Shown: positions 61,905 through 64,000 of the stretch, one piece after another
Layout of the letters: each line of letters opens with the position of its first letter
Position numbering within the stretch: the stretch's first letter is position 1
NCBI GenBank assembly: GCA_965228475.1
Contig: OZ245817.1
Coordinates: 3,424,001-3,488,000 of the forward strand
Source of the DNA: Myxococcota bacterium
GTDB taxonomy: Bacteria; Myxococcota_A; UBA9160; JAFDDA01
Direction of reading: 5' to 3'
Length of the DNA stretch: 64,000 nucleotides
Position numbers and translations under genes: made by a program
Notes under the pieces: generated by a model
The model's database searches: none
What the model saw: the letters and a program-made list of their open reading frames with translations, nothing else
Told to the model about the DNA's origin: nothing

Positions 61905-63645
61905 CGCGCGCGCCACCGGTGAGATCGAGGTGCTGGTAGAGCGCGCCGTCGCGGAAGCCGAGGCGCCGGTAGTAGGGACGGGTCCCGACGGCCGAGATCA
62001 CGGCCATGCCCTCGTGCCCCGCGCGGTGCGCGCGCGCCGCCGCCGCAGCGACGAGCCGCCGCCCGAGGCCGCCGTGCTGGGCGTGCTCCTCCGCGCGCTG
62101 CCCCGGCGCCAGGGCCGGACCGTAGACGTGCACCTCGCGCAGGAGTGCGGCGTTCCCGAGCTCCTCGAGCGGCGCGGACTCTCCCGGAAGCGAGAGGCGC
62201 GCGAATCCCACGATGCGATCGGCTCCATCGACGGCCTGGAGGAAGACCTCCGTGCCCGCCGCGCTCGCGTACTCCGTCCGCCGCAGGGAGAGATCCCCGG
62301 CGACGGCGGCACCGCCGATCTCGCGGCTCCGGATGTCGAGACAGCGGCGCCCGCTCGCCGCGAGCGAGCGCTCGGCGACCTCGCGATAGTTCGTGCGCCG
62401 GTTGCCGACGAGGATCTCCTGGGAGGGGATGTCGCGGATGACCCGGGAGAGCCGGCAGTACTCGGGCACGACCGAGAGCGCATCGGTCAGGAGCCCCGTC
62501 AGTTCCTCGTCGCCGTAGGGGCGCCAGCGCCCGGCCGCGTGGTGCGCGACCAGCTCGGTCCCGTCGATCAAGCTGCACGGATAGATCTTGAGCTCGTCCG
62601 GCCGGAGCGCCGGATCCCGGAACAGCTGACGAAGCTCCTGGCGATCGGACGCCGGCGTCGCACCGAGCAGGTTCGGCATCCAGTGGAGCTGCACCTTGAA
62701 CCCGGCGCGCCGAAGCAGCGTCGCGGCACGGCGCGAGCAGGCCGCATCGTGCCCGCGCCGGTTTCGGCGGAGGATCTCGTCGTCGAGGCTCTGGACGCCG
62801 AGCTGGATCTTCGTCGCCCCGAGCTGACGCAGCCGGAGGAGCTCCTCGGCGTCGATCGCGTCCGGACGGGTCTCGAGCACGAGGCCCACGCAGCGCACGG
62901 AGGCGGACTCGTTGCGGCGCTGGGCTTCCCGAAGCGCCTCGAGGGAAGCGGACTCCTCCGCCTCCGGCTGCTCCCGAATTCGCGCGCGGACGACGTCGTT
63001 GTACGCGCCCTCCGTCCCGATCCGGAGGTCCTCGAACCCCGATCGGGCTTCCGTTCGCGGCACGGCCCGCTCGATGACGCCCCAATCGTTCAACGCGTCG
63101 AAGCATCGCTTCACGAACCAACGCTGGTATCCCGCCGGATAGTGCGACCACGTCCCTCCGAGCACGAGGATCTCGGCCTTCTCCACCGGGTGTCCGTTCG
63201 CGTGGAAGGCCCGCAGGCGCTCGAAGGTCTGTTCGTAGGGATCGAAACGATGCGCCTCGGCCCGCTGACAGCCGGGCTCGCTCGCGATGTAGCTCTTCGG
63301 CATGGTCGGATCGTTCGGGCAGAAGATGCAGCGCCCCGGGCACGGGAAGGGCTTCGTGAGCACGGTGACGGGGGTGACGCCGCTGCGCGTGCGAACGGGC
63401 TTGCGCCGCAGACGCCGGAGGAAGACCGCCTCGTCCAGGGCCAGACGGCTCTCGGCGCCGAAGGCCCGGAACCCGGCGATCAGGTCGCTGCGCGAGTAGA
63501 AGCCGCTACCGTCCTTGGGATGACGGCGCAGCAGCGCATCGATCGCCCGAGGCGTCCACTCCTCGAGCTCCTGGAAGGCATCCAGCAGTGCGACGAGGGC
63601 GCTTCGATGGCGCGCGGGGTCGAAGGCTCGCGGTGCGGTCGCCAT
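61891..63645 (-). CDS. elp3: Elp3-type radical SAM/lysine acetyltransferase fusion (tRNA U34 carboxymethyltransferase)
   Basis: KPVRTRSGVTPVTV, CPGRCIFCP (CxxxCxxC), PKSY, GGTW, ETRPD, LGVQS, PDELKIYP, RVIRDIP, REVHVYG, QHGGLG, ISAVGTRPYYRRLGF. Confidence 0.92.
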   Translation of the reverse strand: MATAPRAFDPARHRSALVALLDAFQELEEWTPRAIDALLRRHPKDGSGFYSRSDLIAGFRAFGAESRLALDEAVFLRRLRRKPVRTRSGVTPVTVLTKPFPCPGRCIFCPNDPTMPKSYIASEPGCQRAEAHRFDPYEQTFERLRAFHANGHPVEKAEILVLGGTWSHYPAGYQRWFVKRCFDALNDWGVIERAVPRTEARSGFEDLRIGTEGAYNDVVRARIREQPEAEESASLEALREAQRRNESASVRCVGLVLETRPDAIDAEELLRLRQLGATKIQLGVQSLDDEILRRNRRGHDAACSRRAATLLRRAGFKVQLHWMPNLLGATPASDRQELRQLFRDPALRPDELKIYPCSLIDGTELVAHHAAGRWRPYGDEELTGLLTDALSVVPEYCRLSRVIRDIPSQEILVGNRRTNYREVAERSLAASGRRCLDIRSREIGGAAVAGDLSLRRTEYASAAGTEVFLQAVDGADRIVGFARLSLPGESAPLEELGNAALLREVHVYGPALAPGQRAEEHAQHGGLGRRLVAAAAARAHRAGHEGMAVISAVGTRPYYRRLGFRDGALYQHLDLTGGARVRRR

Positions 63646-63671
63646 GGTGGCGGGAAGATAGGGGCTGGGCG

Positions 63672-64000
63672 ATGACCGACGAAACCGCCCACCGCCTGGA
63701 CGCCCTCTGCCGCCGCTTCTACGCGCGCAACGCCGCCGACTTCAGCGCGACGCGGCAGGCGGCCTGGCCGGGCTGGGAACGCTGCCTGCCCTATCTGCTC
63801 CCGAGCGAGCCGGACCCGGGCGGCGAGCCGAGCTGGCGGCTGCTCGACGCGGGCTGCGGGAACGGGCGCCTCGCCGCCTTCCTGGCGGAGCGCTCCCCGG
63901 GCCGGCTCCGGTATCTCGGCGTCGACGCGAGCCCGGAGCTGATCGAGGAAGCGCGCGGCTCGCGGGGAGCGGACGCCCGCTTCGCCGTCGCGGACCTGGT
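63672..64000 (+). CDS. Class I SAM methyltransferase, Trm9/ALKBH8-like N-terminus (truncated by the window edge)
   Basis: Manual translation: MTDETAHRLDALCRRFYARNAADFSATRQAAWPGWERCL...LLDAGCGNGRL...YLGVDAS. Confidence 0.8.
   Translation, partial: MTDETAHRLDALCRRFYARNAADFSATRQAAWPGWERCLPYLLPSEPDPGGEPSWRLLDAGCGNGRLAAFLAERSPGRLRYLGVDASPELIEEARGSRGADARFAVADL

Overview
A very GC-rich bacterial chromosomal segment with about 54 genes, mostly housekeeping and metabolic. The gene content (giant DUF1302-like protein, many acyl-CoA enzymes, 7TM histidine kinases) suggests a Myxococcota/deltaproteobacterial-type organism; this is inference only. I saw no rRNA, tRNA, CRISPR array, transposase or integrase. 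Recognisable genes include topB-like topoisomerase, hisS, speA, dapL, ettA, thiO, prpE, mazG, an Fpg/Nei glycosylase, and a methanethiol-oxidase homologue with an SCO partner. Highlights: (1) a bacterial Elp3 sits head-to-head, 26 bp apart, with a methyltransferase carrying the Trm9/ALKBH8 N-terminal signature, a candidate eukaryote-like mcm5U34 tRNA pathway; (2) three exported proteins share a C-x43/44-C ...LEAR-x5-C motif and each has a sigma28-like promoter; (3) the MtoX homologue keeps the Cu histidines but has His in place of a TTQ tryptophan and no adjacent mauG; (4) two related long hairpins lie after speA; (5) a lower-GC tcmP-DUF5131 islet; (6) many genes look leaderless (TANNNT-N6-9-start). 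Most very long Arg/Ala/Gly-rich ORFs in the track are antisense or off-frame shadows. Family assignments come from motif recognition and recalled sequences, not from database searches.
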